This document shows, one piece after another, positions 39,150 through 47,533 of a stretch of 64,000 bases of DNA. Numbering within the stretch: the stretch's first letter is position 1; each line of letters opens with the position of its first letter. Location: NCBI GenBank assembly GCA_017397835.1, contig JAFQHV010000007.1, positions 9,962-73,961 of the forward strand. The letters run 5' to 3'. The notes under the pieces are model-generated. The model searched no databases. It was not told where the DNA came from and was given only the letters and a program-made list of their open reading frames with translations. The translations under genes were made by a program, and so were the position numbers. The DNA is from Oscillospiraceae bacterium. Lineage in GTDB: Bacteria > Bacillota > Clostridia > Oscillospirales > Oscillospiraceae.

Positions 39150-39186
39150 GAAAAGCACCTCATCCGATGGGATGAGGTGCTTTTTC
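39150..39186. terminator. Bidirectional intrinsic terminator
   Basis: AAAAGCACCTCATCC-GAT-GGGATGAGGTGCTTTTT between convergent genes. Confidence 0.85.
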
Positions 39187-39188
39187 GT

Positions 39189-39668
39189 TTATTCTTCGGC
39201 CTGCCAGCCTTTGCATACGTCGATCCAACCCAGACTGTTGGAGTACCGGGCAAGCTCGTCGCAGGTCAGCTGAATGGCGGAGTTGCTGCTGCCGGCGGCG
39301 GGGAAAACGGTGTCGAACCGCTGCAGGGACACGTCCAGATAGGTACGGACACCCGCAGGATTGCCGAAGGGGCACACGCCGCCGATGGCGTGGCCGGTGA
39401 ATTCGGACACCTGCTCGGCGGAGAGCATCTTGGCCTTGGTGTGGAAGAACCCCTTGAACTTGCTGTTGTCGATCTTGGCATCGCCGGCGGCCACCACCAG
39501 CACGCAGCCTTCATCAACAAGGAAGGACAGGGTCTTGGCAATGCGGGCGGGGATGACCCCAACGGCCTGAGCGGCCAGCTCTACCGTGGCGCTGGACACC
39601 GCAAACTCGAGGATGTCATCTTCCCGGCCCAAAGGGCGGAAGTATTCGCGGACCAGTTCGATGGACAT
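39189..39668 (-). CDS. YbaK/EbsC-type aminoacyl-tRNA trans-editing domain protein
   Basis: 159 aa with 'ARIAKTLSF', 'GDAKIDN.KFK' and 'GHAIGGVCPFG', the typical YbaK/ProX-like domain pattern. Confidence 0.75.
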   Translation of the reverse strand: MSIELVREYFRPLGREDDILEFAVSSATVELAAQAVGVIPARIAKTLSFLVDEGCVLVVAAGDAKIDNSKFKGFFHTKAKMLSAEQVSEFTGHAIGGVCPFGNPAGVRTYLDVSLQRFDTVFPAAGSSNSAIQLTCDELARYSNSLGWIDVCKGWQAEE

Positions 39669-39671
39669 GGC

Positions 39672-40064
39672 TCAGCCCTCCAGCTTTCGGGCGGTCTTGG
39701 CGAGAAAGCGCTCGTCGGTGATAATAAACCGCTCGTGGGTACCCTTGCCGATCAGACCCTTTTCATCGTAGGCAGTGACGGTCAGCTCGATACGCTTGCC
39801 GTCCACCAATGTGACCTCACTCTCTGCCCAGACCTTCATGCCCATGGGGGTGGCGGACACGTGGTCGATGTTGACCTTGGTGCCAACGGAGCTGTCACCG
39901 GCGGGCAGGTGGGGGAGGAAGGACTCAGAGGCGGCCTTCTCCATCAGGGCCACCATAAATGGAGTGCCGAACACGGTCAGGCTGCCGGAACCGGCAGCGG
40001 CGGCGGTATTGGTGCTGTTAACTACAGTTTCTGCGCGACCGCGCAGACCGATTTCAATGGACAT
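39672..40064 (-). CDS. Hotdog-fold thioesterase family protein (FlK-like)
   Basis: ATG 40064 after an AAGGAGGA SD. 'GSGSLTVFGTPFMVALMEKAA' and 'HVSATPMGMKV' fit the small thioesterase family. Confidence 0.7.
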   Translation of the reverse strand: MSIEIGLRGRAETVVNSTNTAAAAGSGSLTVFGTPFMVALMEKAASESFLPHLPAGDSSVGTKVNIDHVSATPMGMKVWAESEVTLVDGKRIELTVTAYDEKGLIGKGTHERFIITDERFLAKTARKLEG

Positions 40065-40143
40065 GGAAATGTCCTCCTTTGTCAAGATTTGTCCCTATTC
40101 TACTACAAGCACAGCGCGGTTTCAAGTGCCGCGGGGGGGAAAA

Positions 40144-40887
40144 TCAGGTCACTGTGATATACTCGCCGCTGGCGTAGCCTGTCACACCGTTGTAGCGGAC
40201 CAAATACCAGCCCTGTGACGACTGGTTAAGAATGGCGATGGGGACACCGTCATTGGCCTGGGCAAGAATGGGTGCGCCCGTGTTGGGCCGGGAGCGGATA
40301 TTCAGCCGTCCGCCGTCGGTGTCCACGCGACCCTGACGCGGTGTCTGCGGTGCGAGAAACGGGATTCCAAAGTACTGGGTCAGGGACAGGACGAGGTTGC
40401 GGGCAATGGCATCGATGTTTGCCTTTAGCCAGGCGGCATCGTCGGTGTTATCGTGGAAGGCAAGCTCCAGAAAAACGGAGGGGGCCCGGGTCAGACGCAG
40501 CTCGCCGATTCGGGTGGAAGCTTCGGCACGAACAAGGTCAGGCAAGGGATAGATATTGCGCAGGTTCTTTGCCATGATCTCCGCCGCTCTGCGCCCTTGA
40601 GAGCTGCCGGGGTAATAAAAGACGATAGAGCCTCGGGCGGTGCCGTAGCGGCCCTCCGGGGCGGCGTTGGAGTGGATGGCAACGTGCAGGTCGTACTGTC
40701 CAGCGTTGGAGGCGGCGATGGAGCTGCTCGCATTCATTTGTGGGGTATTGCGTACATACTGGATACCGGATGCGTTCAGGTAGGGGATCATGGCATCGGC
40801 GATGAGATTCATATAATATTCCTCACTGCCGCCGCTGACGAACAGATTGTTTTCCTGAGTGGATGGAGAGAGATAGATGGTGGGCAT
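40144..40887 (-). CDS. N-acetylmuramoyl-L-alanine amidase (Amidase_3-like) with C-terminal SH3b domain, no signal peptide
   Basis: ATG 40887 after an AGGAGG SD. 'IYLSPSTQ', 'HVAIHSNA' and 'LELAFHDN' fit Zn-amidase motifs, and the C-terminus 'LNIRSRPN...GWYLVRYNGVTGYA' is SH3b-like. Confidence 0.8.
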   Translation of the reverse strand: MPTIYLSPSTQENNLFVSGGSEEYYMNLIADAMIPYLNASGIQYVRNTPQMNASSSIAASNAGQYDLHVAIHSNAAPEGRYGTARGSIVFYYPGSSQGRRAAEIMAKNLRNIYPLPDLVRAEASTRIGELRLTRAPSVFLELAFHDNTDDAAWLKANIDAIARNLVLSLTQYFGIPFLAPQTPRQGRVDTDGGRLNIRSRPNTGAPILAQANDGVPIAILNQSSQGWYLVRYNGVTGYASGEYITVT

Positions 40888-40908
40888 GGCGATACCTCCT
40901 GTTTTTTC

Positions 40909-40936
40909 CATCCTATGAAAAAAGCGGCCTGTTCGT
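40909..40936 (-). promoter_or_regulatory. Candidate mother-cell-type (sigma-K/E-like) promoter for the amidase gene
   Basis: The minus strand reads AC-17 nt-CATAGGATG about 20 nt upstream of the SD. It is a near match to the sigma-K AC-N17-CATAnnnTA pattern. By eye only. Confidence 0.25.
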
Positions 40937-40998
40937 GCGACGCGCGGCGCGTGATTGCGTCTTTGTGGGTAAGAGGATAAAACGAAGGAGGTATTTCT

Positions 40999-41961
40999 AT
41001 GAAAAAACTGTTTGCGGGCTTTGTGTGTGTTCTGATGGTGGTGTCCCTTGCCGCCTGCGGCGCGCAGTCCGCCGGGACGGCGGCGGACGACGGCGGGTAC
41101 AAGTACAAAAATGAGATGATGAGTACCGATGTGGCAGCCGGTGAGGCATTGTTTGACAGTGCCATGCCCGAAAACGTCAAACCCATGGCGCAAATGTCCG
41201 CGTCAAAGAGCGTGTATCAAAACAGCGGCGTCAAGCTGATCCGCCGGGCTAATCTGCAAGTGCAGACGGTGGAGTTTGACAAGTCTGTTGCGGCGCTGGA
41301 GCAGCTGGTGCTGAGCCTGAACGGCTATTATGAGAATGCCGAGCTGTACAGCGGCGGTTACTACAATCAGGGCAGTCACCGTTCCGGCTATTACGTGGTG
41401 CGTATTCCCGCCGAGTCCTACGACAGCTTTATGAGCCAGATGGACGGCGTGGGTTACCTGTCCAGACGGACCGAAAGCACCCAGGACGTGGGGCAGGAGT
41501 ACTTTGACGCCGAGAGCCGCCTGACTACCCAGCGTACCAAGCAGGAGCGGCTGCAGCAGCTTTTGAAGCAGGCGAAGAATATGGAGGACATCATTGCGCT
41601 GGAAAACGCACTGGCAGACGTGGAGTATCAGATTGAACAGTATACATCCCAGCTGCGGCGCTATGACAGTCTGGTTGGTTACGCCACCATTGACGTGAAT
41701 ATCCAGGAGATGCAGCGTATTACCGATGACCCCGGTCAGCAGGCGGGATTGTTCCAGCGCATGAAGACCGGCATCATCAGCAGCGCCGGCGACGTAGTGG
41801 ACGGCGTGCAGGACTTCCTTGTGTGGGTGAGCTACAACCTCTTTGGCCTTGTGATCCTCGCTGCCGTGGCGGTCTGCGGTGTGTTTGCGGGCAAGAAGTA
41901 CATCAAGGTGCGCAAGGCGAAGAAAGCGGCAAAAGCTGTGCAGGAGGAAACAGAGCAGTGA
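40999..41961 (+). CDS. DUF4349 domain-containing lipoprotein
   Basis: 320 aa with lipobox 'VVSLAAC', a coiled-coil-like central region and a C-terminal TM helix followed by a basic tail. This fits the DUF4349 architecture (from memory). Confidence 0.6.
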   Translation: MKKLFAGFVCVLMVVSLAACGAQSAGTAADDGGYKYKNEMMSTDVAAGEALFDSAMPENVKPMAQMSASKSVYQNSGVKLIRRANLQVQTVEFDKSVAALEQLVLSLNGYYENAELYSGGYYNQGSHRSGYYVVRIPAESYDSFMSQMDGVGYLSRRTESTQDVGQEYFDAESRLTTQRTKQERLQQLLKQAKNMEDIIALENALADVEYQIEQYTSQLRRYDSLVGYATIDVNIQEMQRITDDPGQQAGLFQRMKTGIISSAGDVVDGVQDFLVWVSYNLFGLVILAAVAVCGVFAGKKYIKVRKAKKAAKAVQEETEQ

Positions 41962-42479
41962 ACAGCCGTATTTTGAACCGATGCCTGCTGTTTTGTTTTG
42001 CTGTCCTTCTGTTGGCAGGATGCAGCATGGATCCGTTTGCGGTGGAAGCGGGCGTTTCTCTGCCCGAACACGGCCATACTGCACCTCAAAGCAACAACGT
42101 GGTGGCCCACGATCCGGTGGGTTACTGCGGCAACACCGTTACCACGGTGCGCTGTGAGAAGCTGGGCAAGCAGGAAGAACGGTGGGAACGATCCTTTTGG
42201 GGCGGAAGCTCTGTGGGGTTGACCGACTTTTTGCGTTGGCTGGATTTTTCAGAGGATATCTGCCGCTGTCTGCCTGAGTACTATGTGAAGACGGAGCTTG
42301 AGCAGATGGAGTACGGTATTAATCTGACAGGCGGGTATGTCAGGCTCGGTGATAAGCAGTGCCAGTTGACCGAGGATCAGGTGAGCTGGCTGGCGGAAAC
42401 CCTTGAAGCGGTCAAGGCGGGAACAGGGAAGGAACTGTGTGCTCTGCCGCCTGCGGAACGACCCGTATTTGGAGAATGA
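41958..42479 (+). CDS. Hypothetical Cys-rich lipoprotein
   Basis: GTG start overlapping the upstream stop (GTGA). Signal peptide with lipobox 'LLLAGC'. No family recognised. Confidence 0.45.
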   Translation: MNSRILNRCLLFCFAVLLLAGCSMDPFAVEAGVSLPEHGHTAPQSNNVVAHDPVGYCGNTVTTVRCEKLGKQEERWERSFWGGSSVGLTDFLRWLDFSEDICRCLPEYYVKTELEQMEYGINLTGGYVRLGDKQCQLTEDQVSWLAETLEAVKAGTGKELCALPPAERPVFGE

Positions 42480-42483
42480 AAAA

Positions 42484-42514
42484 AGGCCGTGTACGGATGG
42501 TACACGGCCTTTTT
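42484..42514. terminator. Bidirectional intrinsic terminator
   Basis: AGGCCGTGTAC-GGATG-GTACACGGCCT flanked by AAAA and TTTT. Confidence 0.85.
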
Positions 42515-42515
42515 G

Positions 42516-43376
42516 TTATTTGGTCATGGCGGCAAGAGAGTTTGCGAGCGCCGCGAACTGGGGGATGCCCAGCCGTTCGCCCCTTACATCGGGGCGCAGG
42601 CCGCAGGCGGCAATGGCCTCGGCAATCATTTCCCGGGAAAAAGGCTGGCCCAAAGCGGAGGTCAGGCTGTTGTGCAGCGTTTTTCTCCGCTGGGCAAACG
42701 CGGCACGGACTACCCGGAAGAAGAATTCCTCGTCCTCCACCTCGGTGGGCTTTTCACGGGGGACCAGCCGCAGGACGGAGGAGGTCACCTTGGGGGCGGG
42801 CAGGAAACAGGTAGGGGGGACGTCGAAGAGCAGCTCCGGCTTGGTGTGATACTGGCAGAACACAGAGAACGCACCGTAGTCACCGGTGCCGGGGGCGGCA
42901 CAGATGCGCAGAGCCACCTCGCGCTGGATCATCACGGTAATAGAGGTAAACAGCTTGCTTTCGATCAGCTTGGTCAGTACCGGGGTGGTAATATTATAAG
43001 GCAGATTGGCGCAGGCGACGGGGGTCAAACCGTCGAACTTTGTCGCAACCAGCTCGCCGATGTCCAGCTTCATCACATCGCCGGGGACGATTTCCACGTT
43101 GTCACGGCGCCCCAGCGTTTCGGACAGGATGGGTAGCAGGGTGCGGTCCAGTTCTACGGCCACGACCTTACCTGCCCGGTCGGATAACTGGCCCGTCAGG
43201 GGCCCGATGCCGGGGCCGATCTCCAGTACGCAGCAGGACTTGTCGGCCCGGGACGATGCGGCGATGTCCTCCGGCACCCAGGACTCAATGAGGAAGTTTT
43301 GCCCCATGGACTTGGAAAAATGAAAGCCGTGGCGGGCTAGCAGAGCCTTGATATCATTGATGTTGCATACGTCCAT
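42516..43376 (-). CDS. rsmA: 16S rRNA (adenine1518/1519-N6)-dimethyltransferase
   Basis: 286 aa with 'KSMGQNFL', SAM motif 'LEIGPGIGPLT' and 'ANLPYNITTP'. Confidence 0.95.
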   Translation of the reverse strand: MDVCNINDIKALLARHGFHFSKSMGQNFLIESWVPEDIAASSRADKSCCVLEIGPGIGPLTGQLSDRAGKVVAVELDRTLLPILSETLGRRDNVEIVPGDVMKLDIGELVATKFDGLTPVACANLPYNITTPVLTKLIESKLFTSITVMIQREVALRICAAPGTGDYGAFSVFCQYHTKPELLFDVPPTCFLPAPKVTSSVLRLVPREKPTEVEDEEFFFRVVRAAFAQRRKTLHNSLTSALGQPFSREMIAEAIAACGLRPDVRGERLGIPQFAALANSLAAMTK

Positions 43377-43475
43377 TGACGCAGCCTCCTATACAATATA
43401 TAATATGCTTGTATTTGGATTTTACTATATCCGGCAAAGCAAATCAAGGGTATGAGGGGATAAGGAGGAATTTTG

Positions 43476-44384
43476 ATGAACGGGAAAATTTCCAACTTTC
43501 AACAGGTAGCATCTCTGAGGCGGTACACTATGACCGAAGGGAGAGAGCGGGGCCTTGATGTGATCGACTGCGACAACGGGAATCTGCGCTTTCTGCTGAA
43601 TGTGACCAAGGGCATGGATATCATGCAGATGTATCACAAGGGGCAGAACGTGTCCTTTGTGTCCCGCAACGGCTTTACCGCGGAGAATATCGACTTTATG
43701 AGTCGTTTTGAGGGCGGCATGCTCTACACCTGCGGTTTGGACAGTATTGGTAGCCGGGACGGATACATCCCTCACGGAACCTACCATACCTTCCCGGCCC
43801 AGGTACTGACAGCGCGGTGTGACGAACAGGGTATCGTGGTGGAGGCGGTTGTTCGTAATACGGCCATATTTGGTCAGAATCTGGCTGTGAAGCGCAGGAT
43901 CACGTCTGCTGTGGGTTCGGACTGCGTTGAGGTGGAGGATACTCTGACCAACCTGAGCTTCAAGGAGCAGGAGTACTGCCTGCTGTACCACGTGAACGTG
44001 GGGTATCCCATGCTGGATGCCGGGGCGGAAGTCCGGTTGGACGAGAAGAACAGCTGTGGCAGAACTCCCTGGGCCACGCAGAATATCGAAACCCGCTTTG
44101 AAATGGAAGAGCCGGTGGCGGATACAGAGGAGACCTGCTATTTTATCGAGATGAATCGACCCACGGCCTCCATCGTCAACGAGAAAATCGGCAAGGAGTT
44201 TGTGCTGGACTACTCCGGGGATACGCTGCCTTGCTTTGTGGAGTGGAAATGCATGGTCAGCGGCGATTATGCGTTGGGTCTGGAGCCGTGCAGCTGCTTG
44301 CTGGACGATGGCTTTGCATACAGTACCATCAAGGCGGGGGAGAGCATCGACTTTAAGCTGAAACTGTCTGTACGGGAACTGTAA
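43476..44384 (+). CDS. Aldose 1-epimerase family protein (DUF4432-like)
   Basis: ATG 7 nt after an AAGGAGG SD. About 300 aa, beta-rich, with 'YHVNVGYPML', typical of the mutarotase-like DUF4432 family (from memory). Confidence 0.55.
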   Translation: MNGKISNFQQVASLRRYTMTEGRERGLDVIDCDNGNLRFLLNVTKGMDIMQMYHKGQNVSFVSRNGFTAENIDFMSRFEGGMLYTCGLDSIGSRDGYIPHGTYHTFPAQVLTARCDEQGIVVEAVVRNTAIFGQNLAVKRRITSAVGSDCVEVEDTLTNLSFKEQEYCLLYHVNVGYPMLDAGAEVRLDEKNSCGRTPWATQNIETRFEMEEPVADTEETCYFIEMNRPTASIVNEKIGKEFVLDYSGDTLPCFVEWKCMVSGDYALGLEPCSCLLDDGFAYSTIKAGESIDFKLKLSVREL

Positions 44385-44397
44385 TCGAACCGGGAAA

Positions 44398-44435
44398 GAA
44401 AAAATCCTGAATGCAATTGCATTCAGGATTTTTTT
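44398..44435. terminator. Bidirectional intrinsic terminator
   Basis: ATCCTGAATGC-AATT-GCATTCAGGAT flanked by an A-run and a T-run. It serves the + strand gene and the minus-strand tRNA. Confidence 0.85.
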
Positions 44436-44526
44436 GGCGGAGAGAGAGGGATTCGAACCCTCGAACGGGTATTAGCCGTTACACGATTTCCAATCGTGCG
44501 CCTTCGACCAGCTCAGCCATCTCTCC
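44435..44526 (-). tRNA. tRNA-Ser (anticodon GGA)
   Basis: Minus strand: acceptor GGAGAGA/TCTCTCC, anticodon stem CACGA/TCGTG with loop TTGGAAA, long variable arm, T-arm GAGGG-TTCGAAT-CCCTC and an encoded CCA. 92 nt. Confidence 0.93.
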
Positions 44527-44561
44527 AAACGGTTGTCCTTGGTCGCCGAACAACGAATTGT

Positions 44562-44589
44562 ATTATATCAGCTTTTTTCAGATAGTCAA
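44562..44589 (-). promoter_or_regulatory. Sigma-A-type promoter for tRNA-Ser
   Basis: The minus strand reads TTGACT-16 nt-TATAAT, about 35 nt upstream of the mature tRNA 5' end. Confidence 0.6.
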
Positions 44590-44947
44590 GGGGATTGAGT
44601 GAAAAAAATCGGAAAAGAGCAAGAAAATTTTAGCCCAAGCACGGGAAAAACAAGCTGTAAAAATGCGCCGTTTTTTTCACCAAAACAGTTTTGAGTAAAA
44701 AAGCGCAAAAATGATATGCAATGCTGTGGATTTTAGAACAACAACGGGGAATATATTTGGACGACCGCTTATTTTTTGTGAATTTCGGGAAAAGTGCACA
44801 AAAATAGGGGGGCAGGATTGTGACAGTTTGCCCTTGAATGGGATAGTGCAAATCGGTTACAATACGGTTACAAAAAGTAACAAAGGAAAACTTGGTGCTT
44901 TTTGCCGCGTTGATGACGCGAAACTTACGATCAAGGAAGTGAACGAC

Positions 44948-45892
44948 TTGAAACGCAAACTGTTTGCACTGCTGCTCAGCGGCCTTGCTGTCATCCTGCT
45001 CATGGGTGCCGGCGTGGACACCGCGGCGTTGGCGGCTGAGGCCGTCATCAGCAGCACTCGGACAGAGGAGCCTGCGGTTGGCGTTGAAAAGCCGGCTGAC
45101 GACATAGAAACAGAAAGTCCTGCCGTGGAAGTGCCTGCTATGGAGCTGGATCGTGCCCTCCTGCTGGATGGGCAGCCGGTTCCCAAGTCCGTTGGGCGCA
45201 CCACTCTTTTCAACGTCACGTATGTTTCTCTCAAGGGAATGGCCCAGCAGCTGGATACCACAGCGCAGATCAGCTGGGATGAAAACACCGGTACTGCCAC
45301 GGTTACGGCCCAGGGGTTGGAATTGACTGCCCGGGAAAGCGATCCCTATATCATTGCCAATGGTCGTTACCTCTATATGCCCACGGGCGTGCAGATGGTG
45401 GAGGACCGGATGATGGTTTCCTTGGATGTGCTGGCCAAGGCGTTTGGCGCCACTACCGGCTGGGACGGTGAGGGGGGCTATTTCCTGGTCGACCGTGGTG
45501 AAGGGGCCATTGAGTCGGCGGATACGTTCTACGACGAGGATGAGCTGTTTTGGATGTCCCGCATTATCTATGCCGAGAGCGGCAATCAGTGTCTGGAGGG
45601 CAAAATGGCAGTTGGTAATGTGGTTTTGAACCGCACCAATCACCCCACCTGGCCCGACAGCATCTACGGCGTTATTTCCCAGCGCAACCAGTTCAGCACC
45701 TTTAAGGGCGGTCGGCTTGCCAATCGTACCCCCAATGCCGAAAGCGTGATCGCTGCCAAGCTGGTGCTGGATGGCGGTGTGGCGGAGGGCGCCGAGCGTG
45801 CATACTTCTTCGATACCTATCTGCGCAGCAGTTGGGCTGCCCGCAACAAGCAGTGCGTGGCCGAAATCGGCGGTCACCGTTTCTATGGCTGA
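44948..45892 (+). CDS. Cell wall hydrolase, SleB/CwlJ family, with N-terminal signal/TM and copper-amine-oxidase-N-like domain
   Basis: The C-terminus 'MSRIIYAESGNQ...GKMAVGNVVLNR...WPDSIYGVI.Q.NQFS' is the SleB-type hydrolase domain. The start is uncertain: TTG 44948 or GTG 44939 after an AAGGAAG SD. Confidence 0.8.
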   Translation: MKRKLFALLLSGLAVILLMGAGVDTAALAAEAVISSTRTEEPAVGVEKPADDIETESPAVEVPAMELDRALLLDGQPVPKSVGRTTLFNVTYVSLKGMAQQLDTTAQISWDENTGTATVTAQGLELTARESDPYIIANGRYLYMPTGVQMVEDRMMVSLDVLAKAFGATTGWDGEGGYFLVDRGEGAIESADTFYDEDELFWMSRIIYAESGNQCLEGKMAVGNVVLNRTNHPTWPDSIYGVISQRNQFSTFKGGRLANRTPNAESVIAAKLVLDGGVAEGAERAYFFDTYLRSSWAARNKQCVAEIGGHRFYG

Positions 45893-45896
45893 TAAT

Positions 45897-45925
45897 AAAA
45901 CCCCACCTCAAACGAGGTGGGGTTT
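45897..45925. terminator. Bidirectional intrinsic terminator
   Basis: AAAACCCCACCTC-AAAC-GAGGTGGGGTTTT between convergent genes. Confidence 0.88.
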
Positions 45926-45931
45926 TTCATG

Positions 45932-46672
45932 TCAAAAACCGGTCAGGCTGCGTATGATGGCGCTGGCCATGGCAAGGCCTGCGGCGGCGGGAACGAAGGG
46001 GAGGGAACCGGGGGTATCCCGCCGGGCGGTGGAGCCGGGGCGGGTGTCGGTTTCCGGAGTCTCGGCCTGCGTGGACTGCAGGGGGGTGAGGGGCGGCTCT
46101 GTGGAGCAGATGACGTCCAAGTGATTGATGCCGCGGTGGCGTAACTCTTTTCGCACCACTCGGGCCAAGGGACAGTCCCGGGTTTTACTGATATCGGTGC
46201 AGATAACGGCGGTGGGGTCGATGCGGTTGCCGGTACCCAATGCGCTGATGACATTGATTTCCCGTGCTTTACAACGGGAGATCAGCTCCAGCTTGGCGGT
46301 GACGGTGTCGATGCAGTCGGCCACGTAGTCGTACTGACCCAGATCTACTTCATCGGCGTTTTGGGGCAGATAGAACATGGAAAAAGCGACGGCATCACAA
46401 TCAGGATTGATGTCCCGGATGCGTGCGGCCATGGTCTGTGCCTTGCCGTTTCCAAGCGTGGAGTGGAGGGCGACCAGTTGTCGGTTGAGATTGCTTTGAG
46501 AAACGGTGTCGTCGTCGTAGAGGTGGATAGTGCCCACGCCGGCACGGGCCAGCGCCTCGGCACAGTAGCCGCCCACGCCGCCCACGCCGAACAGGGCGAC
46601 CTTGGCGTTCTTCAGTTTTTCCATAGCCTCGCAGCCAAGCAGCAACTCGCTGCGGGAGAATTGATCATTCAT
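45932..46672 (-). CDS. tcdA: tRNA threonylcarbamoyladenosine dehydratase (ThiF/HesA family)
   Basis: ATG 46672 after a GAGGTGG SD. Contains 'ALFGVGGVGGY' and 'D.DTVS.SNLNRQ'. Confidence 0.88.
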   Translation of the reverse strand: MNDQFSRSELLLGCEAMEKLKNAKVALFGVGGVGGYCAEALARAGVGTIHLYDDDTVSQSNLNRQLVALHSTLGNGKAQTMAARIRDINPDCDAVAFSMFYLPQNADEVDLGQYDYVADCIDTVTAKLELISRCKAREINVISALGTGNRIDPTAVICTDISKTRDCPLARVVRKELRHRGINHLDVICSTEPPLTPLQSTQAETPETDTRPGSTARRDTPGSLPFVPAAAGLAMASAIIRSLTGF

Positions 46673-46726
46673 GGTGCCACCTCGCTTCCTGTGTAGATTG
46701 TAGGGGATAGGGGCGCGTATGTCAAT

Positions 46727-46763
46727 AAAAAGCGATGCGGTAATCATTACCGCATCGCTTTTT
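46727..46763 (-). terminator. Intrinsic terminator downstream of dapB (symmetric)
   Basis: AAAAAGCGATGCGGTAAT-CAT-TACCGCATCGCTTTTT. Confidence 0.85.
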
Positions 46764-46764
46764 C

Positions 46765-47523
46765 TCATTTGCTCAGCATACTGGACATATCGTACAGACC
46801 GGGGGCGGTGAGGCCGGACAGGAACTTGGCGGCCTCGATGGCACCGGCGGCGAAGATGTCGCGGGAGAGGGCGGTGTGCTTGATCTCCATGACCTCGTCG
46901 TGGCCGGCGAAGATGATCTCGTGTTCTCCCACGATGGTGCCGCCGCGCACAGCGCTGATGCCGATCTCTTTTTTGTCGCGGGGACGTCGGACACTCTGAC
47001 GGTCGTAGACGTACTCGGTTTCGTGACCGCAGGCACCGGCGGCAGCATCGGCGATCATCAGGGCGGTGCCGCTGGGAGCATCCACCTTGCGGCGGTGATG
47101 CCGCTCCACGATCTCAATGTCGTAGCTGTCACCCAGCACGCATGCGGCCTTCTTTACAAGCTCCAGCAGCACGTTGATACCCAGCGACATATTGGCGGAG
47201 CGGAAGATGGGAACGTTGACAGCGGCTGCGCCGATTTTTGCAACCTGTTCCGGGGTGTAGCCGGTAGTGGCAAGCACCAAAGGAATGTGCCGCGCCTGAG
47301 CAAAGGCCAGCAGACCGTCCAAGGCGGCGGGGCTGGAGAAGTCGATCACGGCGTCGGCTTCACCGTCAAACAGCTCGGGAGCGGTAAAAACAGGGAAGGG
47401 GTGGTCGGTGTTGCCCAGAATATCGAAACCGGCAACCACCTGCACACCGGGGTCGGCCTCGCAAAGAGAGCGAACCACACGGCCCATGTGGCCGTTGCAG
47501 CCGGAGATGATTATCTTATGCAT
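46765..47523 (-). CDS. dapB: 4-hydroxy-tetrahydrodipicolinate reductase
   Basis: 252 aa with 'IIISGCNGHMGR' and 'EIVERHHRRKVDAPSGTA'. Confidence 0.96.
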   Translation of the reverse strand: MHKIIISGCNGHMGRVVRSLCEADPGVQVVAGFDILGNTDHPFPVFTAPELFDGEADAVIDFSSPAALDGLLAFAQARHIPLVLATTGYTPEQVAKIGAAAVNVPIFRSANMSLGINVLLELVKKAACVLGDSYDIEIVERHHRRKVDAPSGTALMIADAAAGACGHETEYVYDRQSVRRPRDKKEIGISAVRGGTIVGEHEIIFAGHDEVMEIKHTALSRDIFAAGAIEAAKFLSGLTAPGLYDMSSMLSK

Positions 47524-47533
47524 GACGGGCTCC

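Noticed and set aside
40144-40887. Amidase-SH3 gene as a prophage endolysin remnant.
   Set aside because: No holin, terminase, capsid, tail or integrase genes are nearby. By eye, flanking composition and codon usage match the host. I kept it as a possible sporulation autolysin in the findings instead.
44411-44602. 63-aa + strand ORF.
   Set aside because: It lies directly over the minus-strand tRNA-Ser(GGA) gene and its promoter, and it has no SD. It is an artefact.
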